The position numbers were made by a program, and so were the translations under genes. From assembly GCF_039939235.1 (NCBI RefSeq), contig NZ_JBDUUF010000012.1, positions 83,774 to 147,773 of the forward strand: a stretch of DNA of 64,000 nt, read 5' to 3'. Numbering within the stretch: the stretch's first letter is position 1; each line of letters begins with the position of its first letter. The notes under the pieces are model-generated. The model was not told the origin of the DNA and made no database searches. It saw only the letters and a list, made by a program, of their open reading frames with translations. The DNA comes from Gordonia sp. B21. Lineage in GTDB: Bacteria > Actinomycetota > Actinomycetes > Mycobacteriales > Mycobacteriaceae. Positions 45,978 through 54,470 of this stretch are shown one piece after another.

Positions 45978-47077
45978 CCACCGCCGACACCGCGGTCGCG
46001 GCGAAGTTGTCGATGCTCGACCGATTCCTGCCGGTGTGGATCGGCGCAGCAATGGTCGCCGGCCTGCTGCTGGGCCGCAACGTTCCCGGCCTGGGAGACG
46101 CCCTGGCGGCCGTGGAGATCGACGGTATCTCGCTGCCGATCGCTCTCGGACTGCTGATCATGATGTATCCGGTGCTGGCGAAGGTGCGCTACGACCGACT
46201 CGACTCGGTCACCGGCGATCGTCGCCTGCTGCTGGGATCGCTGCTGCTGAACTGGATCGTCGGACCCGTGTTGATGTTCGCGCTGGCCTGGCTTTTGCTC
46301 CCCGACCTACCGGAGTACCGGACCGGGCTGATCATCGTCGGTCTGGCGCGCTGTATCGCGATGGTCATCATCTGGAACGACCTGGCGTGCGGCGACCGTG
46401 AAGCCGCTGCCGTCCTCGTCGCACTGAACTCGGTGTTCCAGGTGATCATGTTCGCCGTGCTGGGCTGGTTCTACCTCTCGGTGCTACCCGGATGGCTCGG
46501 CCTGGAACAGACGACCATCGACACCTCGCCGTGGCAGATCGCGAAGTCGGTGCTGATCTTCCTCGGAATCCCGCTGGTTGCCGGCTATCTCACCCGCCGC
46601 ATCGGTGAACGGGCCAGAGGCCGCGAATGGTACGAGTCCTCGTTCCTCCCGCGATTGGGGCCGTGGGCCCTCTACGGTCTGCTGTTCACCATCGTCATCC
46701 TGTTCGCCTTGCAGGGGGAGCAGATCACCTCTCACCCGTGGGACGTCGTGCGGATCGCGCTGCCGCTGCTGATCTACTTCGCGGTGATGTGGGGTGGCGG
46801 ATTCGTCCTCGGCGCCGTGATGGGGCTGGGTTACGCACGGACCACCACGCTGGCGTTCACCGCTGCCGGCAACAACTTCGAGCTCGCCATCGCCGTTGCG
46901 ATCGCGACCTATGGTGCGACCTCCGGTCAGGCTCTTGCCGGAGTCATCGGCCCACTCATCGAGGTGCCCGTCCTCGTCGCGCTGGTCTATGTGTCTCTGG
47001 CGTTGCGGAAACGCTTCACCAGTCCGACGACCGCCTCCAGCCCAGATGTGTCGAAGGAGCCTGTTCGCGATGTCTGA
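45974..47077 (+). CDS. acr3: arsenite efflux transporter, ACR3 family
   Basis: About 10 TM, RFLPVWIGAAMVAGLLLG...LIMMYPVLAKV... ACR3 pattern; its GTG overlaps the arsR stop (GTGA). Confidence 0.9.
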   Translation: MTTADTAVAAKLSMLDRFLPVWIGAAMVAGLLLGRNVPGLGDALAAVEIDGISLPIALGLLIMMYPVLAKVRYDRLDSVTGDRRLLLGSLLLNWIVGPVLMFALAWLLLPDLPEYRTGLIIVGLARCIAMVIIWNDLACGDREAAAVLVALNSVFQVIMFAVLGWFYLSVLPGWLGLEQTTIDTSPWQIAKSVLIFLGIPLVAGYLTRRIGERARGREWYESSFLPRLGPWALYGLLFTIVILFALQGEQITSHPWDVVRIALPLLIYFAVMWGGGFVLGAVMGLGYARTTTLAFTAAGNNFELAIAVAIATYGATSGQALAGVIGPLIEVPVLVALVYVSLALRKRFTSPTTASSPDVSKEPVRDV

Positions 47078-47753
47078 GAATGTGTTGGACGAACAGCTGA
47101 GTCGCGGCGAACACCGCGCCCAACCCGAGCTGCTGATGCCGCATACCGTGCTCGCCCGTACCGCAGCTGACTTGGCCGCCAAGTACGAAGGGGTGGTGTC
47201 TCGACAGACGGTAGAACGCTGTGTCTTCGAGTCCTACACCGCGTTACGGCGCACCTCCCGGGTGCATACGCATCTGACGACCTTGGCGGGCCGGTTCGCT
47301 GCCGATCGGTTACGCGCCCTCGCCCAGGCTGAGGGGGCGGTACCCAAGGATGTGCCCGAAGTCCTGTTCATCTGCCTCCAGAACGCCGGCCGCTCGCAGA
47401 TGGCTGCCGGATTGATGACCCACCACGCCACAGGTCGGGTACATGTGCGCTCGGCCGGATTGGTGCCGGCTCATTCGATCAACCCGACCGTCGTCGAAGC
47501 GATGTCAGAAATTGGCGTCGACCTGGGTACCGAGTACCCCAAACCACTCACCGACGATGTGGTCGCCGCCGCTGACGTGGTCGTAGCGATGGGCTGCGGC
47601 GACGCGTGCCCGATCTATCCCGGCAAGCGGTATCTCGATTGGACGGTCTCCGATCCTGAAGGCCGTCCACTTGGCGAGGTTCGCGCGATCCACGATGACC
47701 TTGACGCCCGGGTTCGCGAGCTCCTTGCCGAGCTCACGGCCAACCATCTGTGA
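47070..47753 (+). CDS. arsC: arsenate reductase, LMW-PTP family, with a ~110-aa N-terminal extension domain
   Basis: C-terminal LMW-PTP fold LFICLQNAGRSQMAAG...GCGDACP. The N-terminal 110 aa have no motif I recognise. GAAGGAG SD; the start overlaps the ACR3 stop. Confidence 0.8.
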   Translation: MSENVLDEQLSRGEHRAQPELLMPHTVLARTAADLAAKYEGVVSRQTVERCVFESYTALRRTSRVHTHLTTLAGRFAADRLRALAQAEGAVPKDVPEVLFICLQNAGRSQMAAGLMTHHATGRVHVRSAGLVPAHSINPTVVEAMSEIGVDLGTEYPKPLTDDVVAAADVVVAMGCGDACPIYPGKRYLDWTVSDPEGRPLGEVRAIHDDLDARVRELLAELTANHL

Positions 47754-47794
47754 CTTTCCGAGCATTCCTCCACAGCTGAAAGGGACTGTGTCTC

Positions 47795-48220
47795 ATGTCT
47801 TCCTCTCGACCTAGCGTGCTGTTCGTGTGCGTCCACAATGCCGGCCGCTCACAGATGGCCGCGGGGTTCCTCACCGCGCTCAGCCAGGGCAGTGTCGAGG
47901 TCCGCTCCGCCGGATCTGCGCCCGCCGACTCAATCAATCCAGCCGCGGTCGAGGCGATGGCTGAAGTCGGTATCGACATCTCGGCACAGTCACCCAAGGT
48001 CCTCACCCCCGACACCGTCGAATCCTCCGATGTGGTGATCACCATGGGCTGTGGCGATGCATGCCCAGTATTCCCCGGCGTCAGCTACCGCGACTGGGCC
48101 CTCGACGACCCCGCCGGCCAAGGCATCGACGCGGTCCGCCCGATCCGCGATCAGATCCGCGCACTGGTCGCGGACCTCCTCGACGAACTGCTCCCCGCTA
48201 ACCAGCAGGTCGGCCAGTGA
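47795..48220 (+). CDS. arsC: arsenate reductase, LMW-PTP family (mycothiol/mycoredoxin-coupled type)
   Basis: VLFVCVHNAGRSQMAAGF (CX5R P-loop), GCGDACP; 141 aa. Confidence 0.85.
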   Translation: MSSSRPSVLFVCVHNAGRSQMAAGFLTALSQGSVEVRSAGSAPADSINPAAVEAMAEVGIDISAQSPKVLTPDTVESSDVVITMGCGDACPVFPGVSYRDWALDDPAGQGIDAVRPIRDQIRALVADLLDELLPANQQVGQ

Positions 48221-48627
48221 GCACACCACCGCAGGTGCTGTTCGTGTGCGTGTCCAACCGCGGCAAATCGGTGATGGCCGAACACCTCACACCGACAGTC
48301 ACCGACCGGATCACCCCGTCCTCGGCCGGCACCAGCGCGAAAATCGGCGGCCAGGTCAACGACCTGTCCGCCCAGGCGCTCGCCGAAGTCGGCGCCACCG
48401 TGGACGGGCATCAGCCGCGGCAACTCACCGACGAACTGATGCAAACTGCAGATCTCGTCGTGGTGGTCGGCACCGCCGACGTCACCCCACCCGACGGCGT
48501 CGCCCTCGAAGTGTGGAACACCGACGAACCCTCCGAACGGGGCATCGACGGTATCGAACGGATGCGACTAATCCGCGACGACATCACCAACCGGATCCGC
48601 GCCCTCGCCGACCGCATCGCGCGGTAG
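48217..48627 (+). CDS. LMW-PTP-like arsenate reductase paralog with an atypical P-loop (CVSNRGKS)
   Basis: VLFVCVSNRGKSVMAE... same fold; its GTG overlaps the preceding stop (GTGA). Confidence 0.7.
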   Translation: MSTPPQVLFVCVSNRGKSVMAEHLTPTVTDRITPSSAGTSAKIGGQVNDLSAQALAEVGATVDGHQPRQLTDELMQTADLVVVVGTADVTPPDGVALEVWNTDEPSERGIDGIERMRLIRDDITNRIRALADRIAR

Positions 48628-48650
48628 GCGAGAGCGCAAGCCACGACCCC

Positions 48651-49136
48651 TCAGCAGCAAGCAGTGCGCACCTCAGCCGGTTCGGCGGCGCTGCCACCGC
48701 AGCACACCGAACCCTGCTCGACGTCATCGTTGGCGTTCTGCTCCAACAGTTTCGGGCTGGTCCCGAACGTGTCGGAGTCGGCGAGCACGGTGTAGACCTC
48801 CCACTTCTCGTTCGCCGGTCCGGTCACCCAGACCTTGTCCTGCGTTGCGAAACAGCAGGTGGAGTTGATCTCCTCCTGGGTGAACAGGCCCTCCCCGGAC
48901 AGCCTGGCGATCTCGGCGTGCACCTTCTCGCTCGATTCGACCTCGACGCCGAGGTGGTTGATCGTGCCGCCCTGGCCGGGGTTCTCTAGCAGCACCAGTT
49001 TCAGGGGCGGCTCGACGATCGCGAAGTTGGCGTATCCCGGCTTGCGTTTGGCCGGGGTGGTGTTGAACAGCTTGGAGTAGAACTCGATCGCGGTATCGAG
49101 ATCATCGACGTTGAGCGCGAGCTGCATACGGGACAT
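48651..49136 (-). CDS. VOC/glyoxalase-family protein, ArsI/CadI-like (candidate C-As lyase or metal-binding protein)
   Basis: VOC fold with a vicinal Cys pair (STCCFATQD) and a Cys-rich C-terminus (VCCGG...TACC). Start at ATG 49136, GAAGGTG 6 nt upstream. Confidence 0.65.
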   Translation of the reverse strand: MSRMQLALNVDDLDTAIEFYSKLFNTTPAKRKPGYANFAIVEPPLKLVLLENPGQGGTINHLGVEVESSEKVHAEIARLSGEGLFTQEEINSTCCFATQDKVWVTGPANEKWEVYTVLADSDTFGTSPKLLEQNANDDVEQGSVCCGGSAAEPAEVRTACC

Positions 49137-49200
49137 GACCATCACCTTCACCTGTGAGACATATATCGAACTACTGACACATGCAGGGTGCCACCTTTTC

Positions 49201-49210
49201 GACATATGTC
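49201..49210. promoter_or_regulatory. candidate operator, perfect 10-bp palindrome GACATATGTC in the divergent arsI-like/arsR2 intergenic region (a related GAGACATATATCGA half-site lies upstream)
   Basis: Palindrome read directly from the sequence. Confidence 0.4.
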
Positions 49211-49233
49211 AAGTAGGGGCGTACGATCTGGTC

Positions 49234-49596
49234 ATGCCGAAGCCCTTGCCGATGGTCGACATCAGCGCCCCGATCTGCTGCGCACCGGTATCCGCGGCTC
49301 CGCTCGATGACGACACCGCCCTAGAAATCGCTCTGCGACTCAAGGCCCTGGCCGATCCCGTTCGGATCAAACTCGTCTCAATCCTGCTTACCGACACCGG
49401 TGACGGGACCTGCACCTGCGACCTCGCGACCGCGGTCGGCCTCACCGAAGCCACCACCAGTCACCACCTGGGGCAGCTCCGCAAAGCCGGCATGGTCACC
49501 CCCGAGCGCCGCGGCATGAACGTCTACTACCGAGCGCAACCGGACTCGTTGGAAGCACTACGCAACGTTCTCAGCGCTACGACGGGTTGCTGTTGA
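49234..49596 (+). CDS. arsR: ArsR/SmtB-family metalloid sensor with N-terminal Cys pair and C-terminal Cys pair
   Basis: APICCAPV (N-terminal CC), TCTCDL helix-3 Cys, C-terminal TGCC, HTH ATTSHHLGQLRKAGMV. Start re-placed at ATG 49234. Confidence 0.8.
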   Translation: MPKPLPMVDISAPICCAPVSAAPLDDDTALEIALRLKALADPVRIKLVSILLTDTGDGTCTCDLATAVGLTEATTSHHLGQLRKAGMVTPERRGMNVYYRAQPDSLEALRNVLSATTGCC

Positions 49597-49617
49597 ACGG
49601 CGACGGCACGAACTGAG

Positions 49618-50169
49618 CGAGCCTTATCCGGGTGTCCTTTTGGCAGGCCAACTCCGGTGTCTTTCAGCAGGTCAGCGAGCATGGCGAGCAATCCAGCTCG
49701 GCTGGTGGCGGGCAGATCGGATCGGTGATCACGGCGTGGCCGGCGCCAGCGAGGGCGGTGATGCGGGCGGCGACGCTGACCGCGTGCCCGAACAGGTCTC
49801 CGTCGCGGACGACTGCGCTGCCGTAGTGGATCGATCCCGGCGCGTAGGGCGATGAATCCGTCTTGACCGGCGGCCGCGGCCGCGGGGGCGGTGATCGTGG
49901 CGAGGATCACTTGGGGGGCGTCGGCGGTGAGCATCACCGCATCGCCGATGGCCTTGACCAGCCGCGTGCCCGGTCATAGAGCCTGCCTGCCAGGTCTGAG
50001 AGGCCAACCGTATGGCCAGTTCTGCGGCTTCCTGGTCGCCGCAGAACTCGGTGAACACGCTGTATCCGGCGAGGTCGACGAACGCCACCGCGACGTCACG
50101 CTGCTCGAGCTCGGCGAGCTCGTCCGAGGGAGGGCCATGGTGATGCCCGTGCAGTGGTGGCGTGGTCAT
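49618..50169 (-). pseudogene. class III nucleotidyl-cyclase-like single-domain gene with Cys-rich tail, disrupted by at least two frameshifts
   Basis: Frame 1 VAVAFVDLAGYSVFTEF; frame 2 ...GDAVMLTADAP...; frame 3 ...APGSIHYGSAVVRDGDLFGHAVSVAARITALAGAGHAVITDPICPPPAELDCSPCSLTC*. These are successive cyclase motifs in three different frames. Its ATG overlaps the methyltransferase stop (ATGA). Confidence 0.45.
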
Positions 50170-50762
50170 CGGTCACCGGCACGGCGGGCACGGAACCGGG
50201 CGAGCGCAGGGTTCTCGCGGACCGTGATGTCGGTCAGAGGCAAAGACGTCAGGCGCAGGCGGAGTTCGCCACGGGGGATGAACCGGTGCGGTGCCCCTTC
50301 GAGGTTGTGCAGCAGCCGCGCCGGTGCGCTGCCGAGCAGGTCGTAGCCGACCAGCATTCCGCCGGGCGCGAGCACTCGGGCGGCCTCGGCGAGTGCGCGT
50401 TCCCAGTCGATGACGTGGTGCAACATGATGAACGAGACGACGGTGTCGAAGCTTCCGTCCTCGAACGGCAGGGCTGTGGCGTCGGCGACCTGGGCGTGAG
50501 CGCGGGCCCCGAAACCCTGCAGCCGATCGCTGGCGGCGGCGACCATGACCGGGTCGAAGTCGGTGACGGTCACATCCACGAGTTCGTCGGGGTTGGTGGT
50601 GAGGATCTGCTCGGTCATCGCGCCGGCGCCGCCACCGATTTCAAGGACCCGGCCTCGGGGATGGATGCCTTGCAGCGCCCACGGGAGTACCCACCTGCCG
50701 GTGGCCGCCTGCCACGGTGCGCTGCGGCAGAACAGAGACTCGATCGTCGACATCGACGGCAT
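50166..50762 (-). CDS. class I SAM-dependent methyltransferase
   Basis: Motif I VLEIGGGAGAMT and motif post-I VTDFD. Start set at ATG 50762 with GGGAGC upstream. Confidence 0.7.
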   Translation of the reverse strand: MPSMSTIESLFCRSAPWQAATGRWVLPWALQGIHPRGRVLEIGGGAGAMTEQILTTNPDELVDVTVTDFDPVMVAAASDRLQGFGARAHAQVADATALPFEDGSFDTVVSFIMLHHVIDWERALAEAARVLAPGGMLVGYDLLGSAPARLLHNLEGAPHRFIPRGELRLRLTSLPLTDITVRENPALARFRARRAGDR

Positions 50763-50843
50763 ACCAACAGCTCCCACCTCTCGCCCGGCCGCGCCTGCTG
50801 CCACTTCTTCGTGATGATTCGATTACAGCACACAATGCCGCTA

Positions 50844-50863
50844 TCATCGTCATATGACGATGA
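50844..50863. promoter_or_regulatory. candidate CmtR/ArsR-SmtB operator, perfect 20-bp palindrome TCATCGTCATATGACGATGA straddling the regulator's ATG
   Basis: Palindrome read directly; it is centred on CAT|ATG at 50853/50854. Confidence 0.5.
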
Positions 50864-51255
50864 ATGAGTGCTCGGTGGCGACTGGGGCGGACCTCGATCC
50901 CGCGGTGGCGTTGTTCCACAGCCTCTCCGATGGGACCCGTCTGGCAATCGCAACCCGCCTCGCGCACGGTGGCGAGGCCCGGGTGGCGGATCTGATGGCG
51001 GAGCTGGGGTTGGCGCAATCGACGGTCTCCGCGCACGTGGCGTGCTTACGGGACTGTGGGCTCGTCGAAGGCCGCCCGCAGGGGCGGCAGGTGTTCTACA
51101 GCCTGGCCCGACCGGAGCTGATGGACGTGCTCGCCGCCGCCGAAACCCTCCTGGCAGCGACCGGAAACGCGGTTGTGTTGTGCCCGAACTACGGCACCGA
51201 CGCCACCACCTCCTGCTGCACAACGGGCGACACGAAGGCGGGGGTGCGGCGATGA
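50854..51255 (+). CDS. ArsR/SmtB-family Cd/Pb-type sensor, CmtR-like
   Basis: Cys in VACLRDCGL (CmtR C57/C61-like) plus C-terminal Cys (LCPNYG...SCCTT); HTH. Confidence 0.8.
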   Translation: MTMNECSVATGADLDPAVALFHSLSDGTRLAIATRLAHGGEARVADLMAELGLAQSTVSAHVACLRDCGLVEGRPQGRQVFYSLARPELMDVLAAAETLLAATGNAVVLCPNYGTDATTSCCTTGDTKAGVRR

Positions 51256-53252
51256 GCGACGCATGCGGATGCGGGCACGACGAACCGGCCAGTGAGGACG
51301 AGCAGGCTCCGGAGCACTGGTGGCAGGTGCGGGAGCTGCAGGCTGCCGCCGCGGCCGCGGTGTTCCTGCTCGCCGCGTACATCACCAGCTGGTCCGGCGG
51401 CCCCGAACCGGTCGCGCTCGCCCTGGAGTGGGTGGCGCTGCTGATCGGGGCGTGGACATTCGTCCCCTCGACCCTGAGCCGGTTGGCGAAGGGCAAAATT
51501 GGCGTCGGCACCCTGATGACGATTGCTGCGGTCGGCGCGGTGATCCTCGGCGAGGTCGGCGAAGCCGCGATGCTCGCTGTGCTGTTCTCCATCAGCGAAG
51601 GCCTTGAGGAGTACGCCGTCGCCCGCACCCGCCGCGGGCTGCGGGCGCTACTAAATCTGGTCCCGGACTCCGCGACCGTGCTCCGCGACGGCACCCCGGT
51701 CACCGTCTCCCCGGCGGAATTGGCCGTCGGGGACCAGATGTTGGTCAAACCCGGCGAGCGGATCGCCACCGACGGCACCATCACCGAAGGCCGCACCGCA
51801 CTGGATGTTTCGGCGATCACCGGCGAATCCGTGCCTGTCGAAGCCGGACCCGGCACGCAGGTCTACGCCGGGTCGATCAACAGCACCGGCGCCCTGAGCG
51901 TGCATGTCACCAGCACGGCGGAGAACAACTCGCTGGCCAAGATCGTGCAGATCGTCGAGGCCGAACAGTCCCGCAAGGGCGACGCGCAACGCCTCGCCGA
52001 CCGGATCGCCAAGCCCCTGGTACCGGCGATCATGATCTTCGCCGCCGCCATTGCGATCCTCGGCTCCCTGCTCGGTGACCCGGCCACGTGGATCGAACGG
52101 GCCCTGGTCGTGCTCGTCGCCGCGTCGCCGTGTGCGCTGGCGATCTCTGTGCCGGTGACCGTGGTCGCGGCGATCGGCGCCGCCAGCAAGATCGGCGTCC
52201 TGGTCAAAGGAGGTGCCGCCCTCGAAGCCCTCGGCCGGGTCCGCACCGTCGCCCTCGACAAGACCGGCACTCTGACCGCGAACCGGCCCACCGTCGTCGA
52301 CATCGCCACCACCCCCACCGACACCGCTGCTCCTAGCACCGGGAGCAGCCTGGGCGACCGCACTCCGGGCCAGGAGCGGGTGCTCGCCGTCGCCGCGGCG
52401 CTGGAAGCGCACAGCGAACACCCGCTCGCCCGCGCGATCCTCGCCGCCCACGGCGAGACCACCGCCGCGCGCGATGTGCAGGCTGTTCCCGGGGCCGGCC
52501 TGACCGGCCTCGTCGACGGACGGCCCGCGCGGCTGGGCCGTCCCGACTGGATCGAGCCCGGCCCGCTCGATGAGCGGGTCGCGGCCATGCAGGCCGACGG
52601 CGCCACCGCCGTCCTGATCGAACACGACGGTCAGGTCATCGGCGCGGTCGCCGTCCGTGACGAGCTTCGCCCCGAAGCCGGCGCGGTAATCGAGCACCTG
52701 CACCGCATCGGCGCCACGGTCGCGATGCTCACCGGCGACAACACCGCCACCGCCAACGCGCTGGCGAAGATCGCCGGCATCGACGACGTACACGCCGACC
52801 TCCGCCCCGAAGACAAGGCCCGCATCATCGGCGACCTCCGAACGAACTCGTTCACCGCGATGGTCGGCGACGGCATCAACGACGCTCCCGCCCTGGCCAC
52901 CGCCGACCTCGGCATCGCCATGGGCGCAATGGGATCGGACGTAGCGATCGAAACCGCCGACGTCGCCCTCATGGGCGAAGACCTCCGCACCCTCCCGCAG
53001 GCACTCGATCACGCCCGCCGCGCCCGGAAGATCATGCTGCAGAACGTCGGCCTGTCCCTCGCCCTGATCGCGATCCTCATCCCTCTCGCGCTGTTCGGGA
53101 TACTCGGCCTCGCCGCCGTCGTCGCCGTCCACGAACTCGCCGAGATCGTCGTCATCGCCAACGGAGTCCGCGCCGGCCGGGTCAAAGCGCTAGCCCGGGC
53201 GAGGACCGGAACTGGCCAGCGGACTCCGTCCGTAGTGACGGTCGGGCAGTGA
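51252..53252 (+). CDS. heavy-metal P1B-type ATPase, SPC-motif (P1B-4-like; Co/Ni/Cd/Zn class)
   Basis: N-terminal CGCGHDE, TM6 SPC (ASPCALAISVP), DKTGTLT, HP (SEHPLA), GDGINDAP; 666 aa. Its ATG overlaps the regulator stop (ATGA). Confidence 0.9.
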   Translation: MSDACGCGHDEPASEDEQAPEHWWQVRELQAAAAAAVFLLAAYITSWSGGPEPVALALEWVALLIGAWTFVPSTLSRLAKGKIGVGTLMTIAAVGAVILGEVGEAAMLAVLFSISEGLEEYAVARTRRGLRALLNLVPDSATVLRDGTPVTVSPAELAVGDQMLVKPGERIATDGTITEGRTALDVSAITGESVPVEAGPGTQVYAGSINSTGALSVHVTSTAENNSLAKIVQIVEAEQSRKGDAQRLADRIAKPLVPAIMIFAAAIAILGSLLGDPATWIERALVVLVAASPCALAISVPVTVVAAIGAASKIGVLVKGGAALEALGRVRTVALDKTGTLTANRPTVVDIATTPTDTAAPSTGSSLGDRTPGQERVLAVAAALEAHSEHPLARAILAAHGETTAARDVQAVPGAGLTGLVDGRPARLGRPDWIEPGPLDERVAAMQADGATAVLIEHDGQVIGAVAVRDELRPEAGAVIEHLHRIGATVAMLTGDNTATANALAKIAGIDDVHADLRPEDKARIIGDLRTNSFTAMVGDGINDAPALATADLGIAMGAMGSDVAIETADVALMGEDLRTLPQALDHARRARKIMLQNVGLSLALIAILIPLALFGILGLAAVVAVHELAEIVVIANGVRAGRVKALARARTGTGQRTPSVVTVGQ

Positions 53253-53764
53253 TCACCGCGGTTCCGGTGGCGCACCGCCGCGTACGCCTCACACGGCGGT
53301 GCGGGCTGCTGGCCGTCGCTGTCGGACTCGCGGCCACCGATCTGGCCGTCAAGGCATGGGCCACAAGCGCGCTCGCGGACGGCGCAGTCATCGGAACGGG
53401 GCCGGTGCAGCTGCGGCTGGCATTCAATCCGGGCGCGGCGTTTTCGATCGCCGCCGATGCCCCGGCATGGGTGCTGCCCACAGTCACCGGAATCATCACC
53501 TTCATCGTCGCGGTCACCTCCTGGCGGATGGCGCCAGGCACCGGGCACCTCGGGCGGCTGGGGTTAGCAGCGATCCTCGGCGGGGCAAGCGCCAATCTCA
53601 TCGATCGGTTCCCCGACGGAGTGGTCACTGACTATCTCCACACCGGTTGGTGGCCAACGTTCAACCTCGCTGACACATTCATCGTCGGCGGCGCTGCCAT
53701 CTTGATCACCCTCACCGCATTCAGGAGTCCCGACGAACGAGCGCAGCATTCACCCGAGCGCTGA
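53249..53764 (+). CDS. lspA: lipoprotein signal peptidase II
   Basis: FNLADTFI (FNxAD), 4 TM; its GTG overlaps the ATPase stop (GTGA). Confidence 0.85.
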   Translation: MITAVPVAHRRVRLTRRCGLLAVAVGLAATDLAVKAWATSALADGAVIGTGPVQLRLAFNPGAAFSIAADAPAWVLPTVTGIITFIVAVTSWRMAPGTGHLGRLGLAAILGGASANLIDRFPDGVVTDYLHTGWWPTFNLADTFIVGGAAILITLTAFRSPDERAQHSPER

Positions 53765-53823
53765 CCCCCCGTTACCTTCTTCGTGGCCCCGCGGTGCGGG
53801 ACTACGAAGAAGGTAACGGGGGG
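53765..53823. terminator. long perfect inverted repeat / stem-loop (20-bp arms CCCCCCGTTACCTTCTTCGT ... ACGAAGAAGGTAACGGGGGG, 19-nt spacer) immediately after lspA
   Basis: Read directly. It could be an intrinsic terminator or the boundary repeat of a cassette. Confidence 0.5.
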
Positions 53824-53960
53824 TTCGGGTGATGCTCTCGGCTCACCACAGGTGGCGGTGAGGGCAGGGGCCGGCGGCCTATGCCGGCCTGGGGCCGTGA
53901 AATGCATCTGGCCCCGCCGAGATCGTTGTCTCGACGGGGCCAGATGGGCAGACCGTGGTA

Positions 53961-54470
53961 CTACCGGGAGGGGCCGTTGTGATCTCGTTGCCGATGGGGA
54001 TCACGGCGGTCTGTTGCAGCACCTGGTGCCGGTCGTGCTCCGGCCACTGGCGAGGTGCGTGCGATTCCCCGCGAGGCGACTGCTGCGGCACGTTGTGCCG
54101 GGGTCATGGGTTGCCGGGCGCCGGGGAGGCCGTCGAACTGTGCGGCGGGGACGTGCAGTTGAGCTTCCGCTTGGTTCTTCTCTGCCGCGTACGCGGCGGC
54201 GCGACTTTCCTCAATGCGTTGCGCCGCGACGCGGTACTCCTCGCGGGAGTTGAGGCCGGCTTCCTCGACTGTGTAGTTGGTCGGGTTCCACTGCAGCGAC
54301 CAGCCGGGTTGACGGCCGGCGACTTTGAGTCGTTCGGCTGCGGCTGCACGCGCAGCCTGCGCTTCGGGTGTGCTCGCTTCGGCGGCGATAGCCGACTTGA
54401 TCTGTTCGAGCTCGACTCGCTTGTCGCGTAGTTCGCGGATCTGGACCGAGACCGCCAGCGGTGCCACCAC
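53961..54470 (-). CDS. hypothetical protein (169 aa) occupying the DNA that replaced the 5' end of the resolvase gene
   Basis: Plausible codon usage (GC3 lower than core genes); coiled-coil-like segment ELEQIKSAIAAEAS...RIEESRAAAYAAEKNQAEAQ. No motif. It overlaps the artefactual N-extension of the res ORF. Confidence 0.3.
   Translation of the reverse strand: MVAPLAVSVQIRELRDKRVELEQIKSAIAAEASTPEAQAARAAAAERLKVAGRQPGWSLQWNPTNYTVEEAGLNSREEYRVAAQRIEESRAAAYAAEKNQAEAQLHVPAAQFDGLPGARQPMTPAQRAAAVASRGIARTSPVAGARPAPGAATDRRDPHRQRDHNGPSR

Noticed and set aside
50166-50762. Possibility that the methyltransferase is ArsM (arsenite methyltransferase)
   Set aside because: It lacks the three conserved ArsM cysteines (only one Cys near the N-terminus). 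Kept as a generic class I SAM-MTase.
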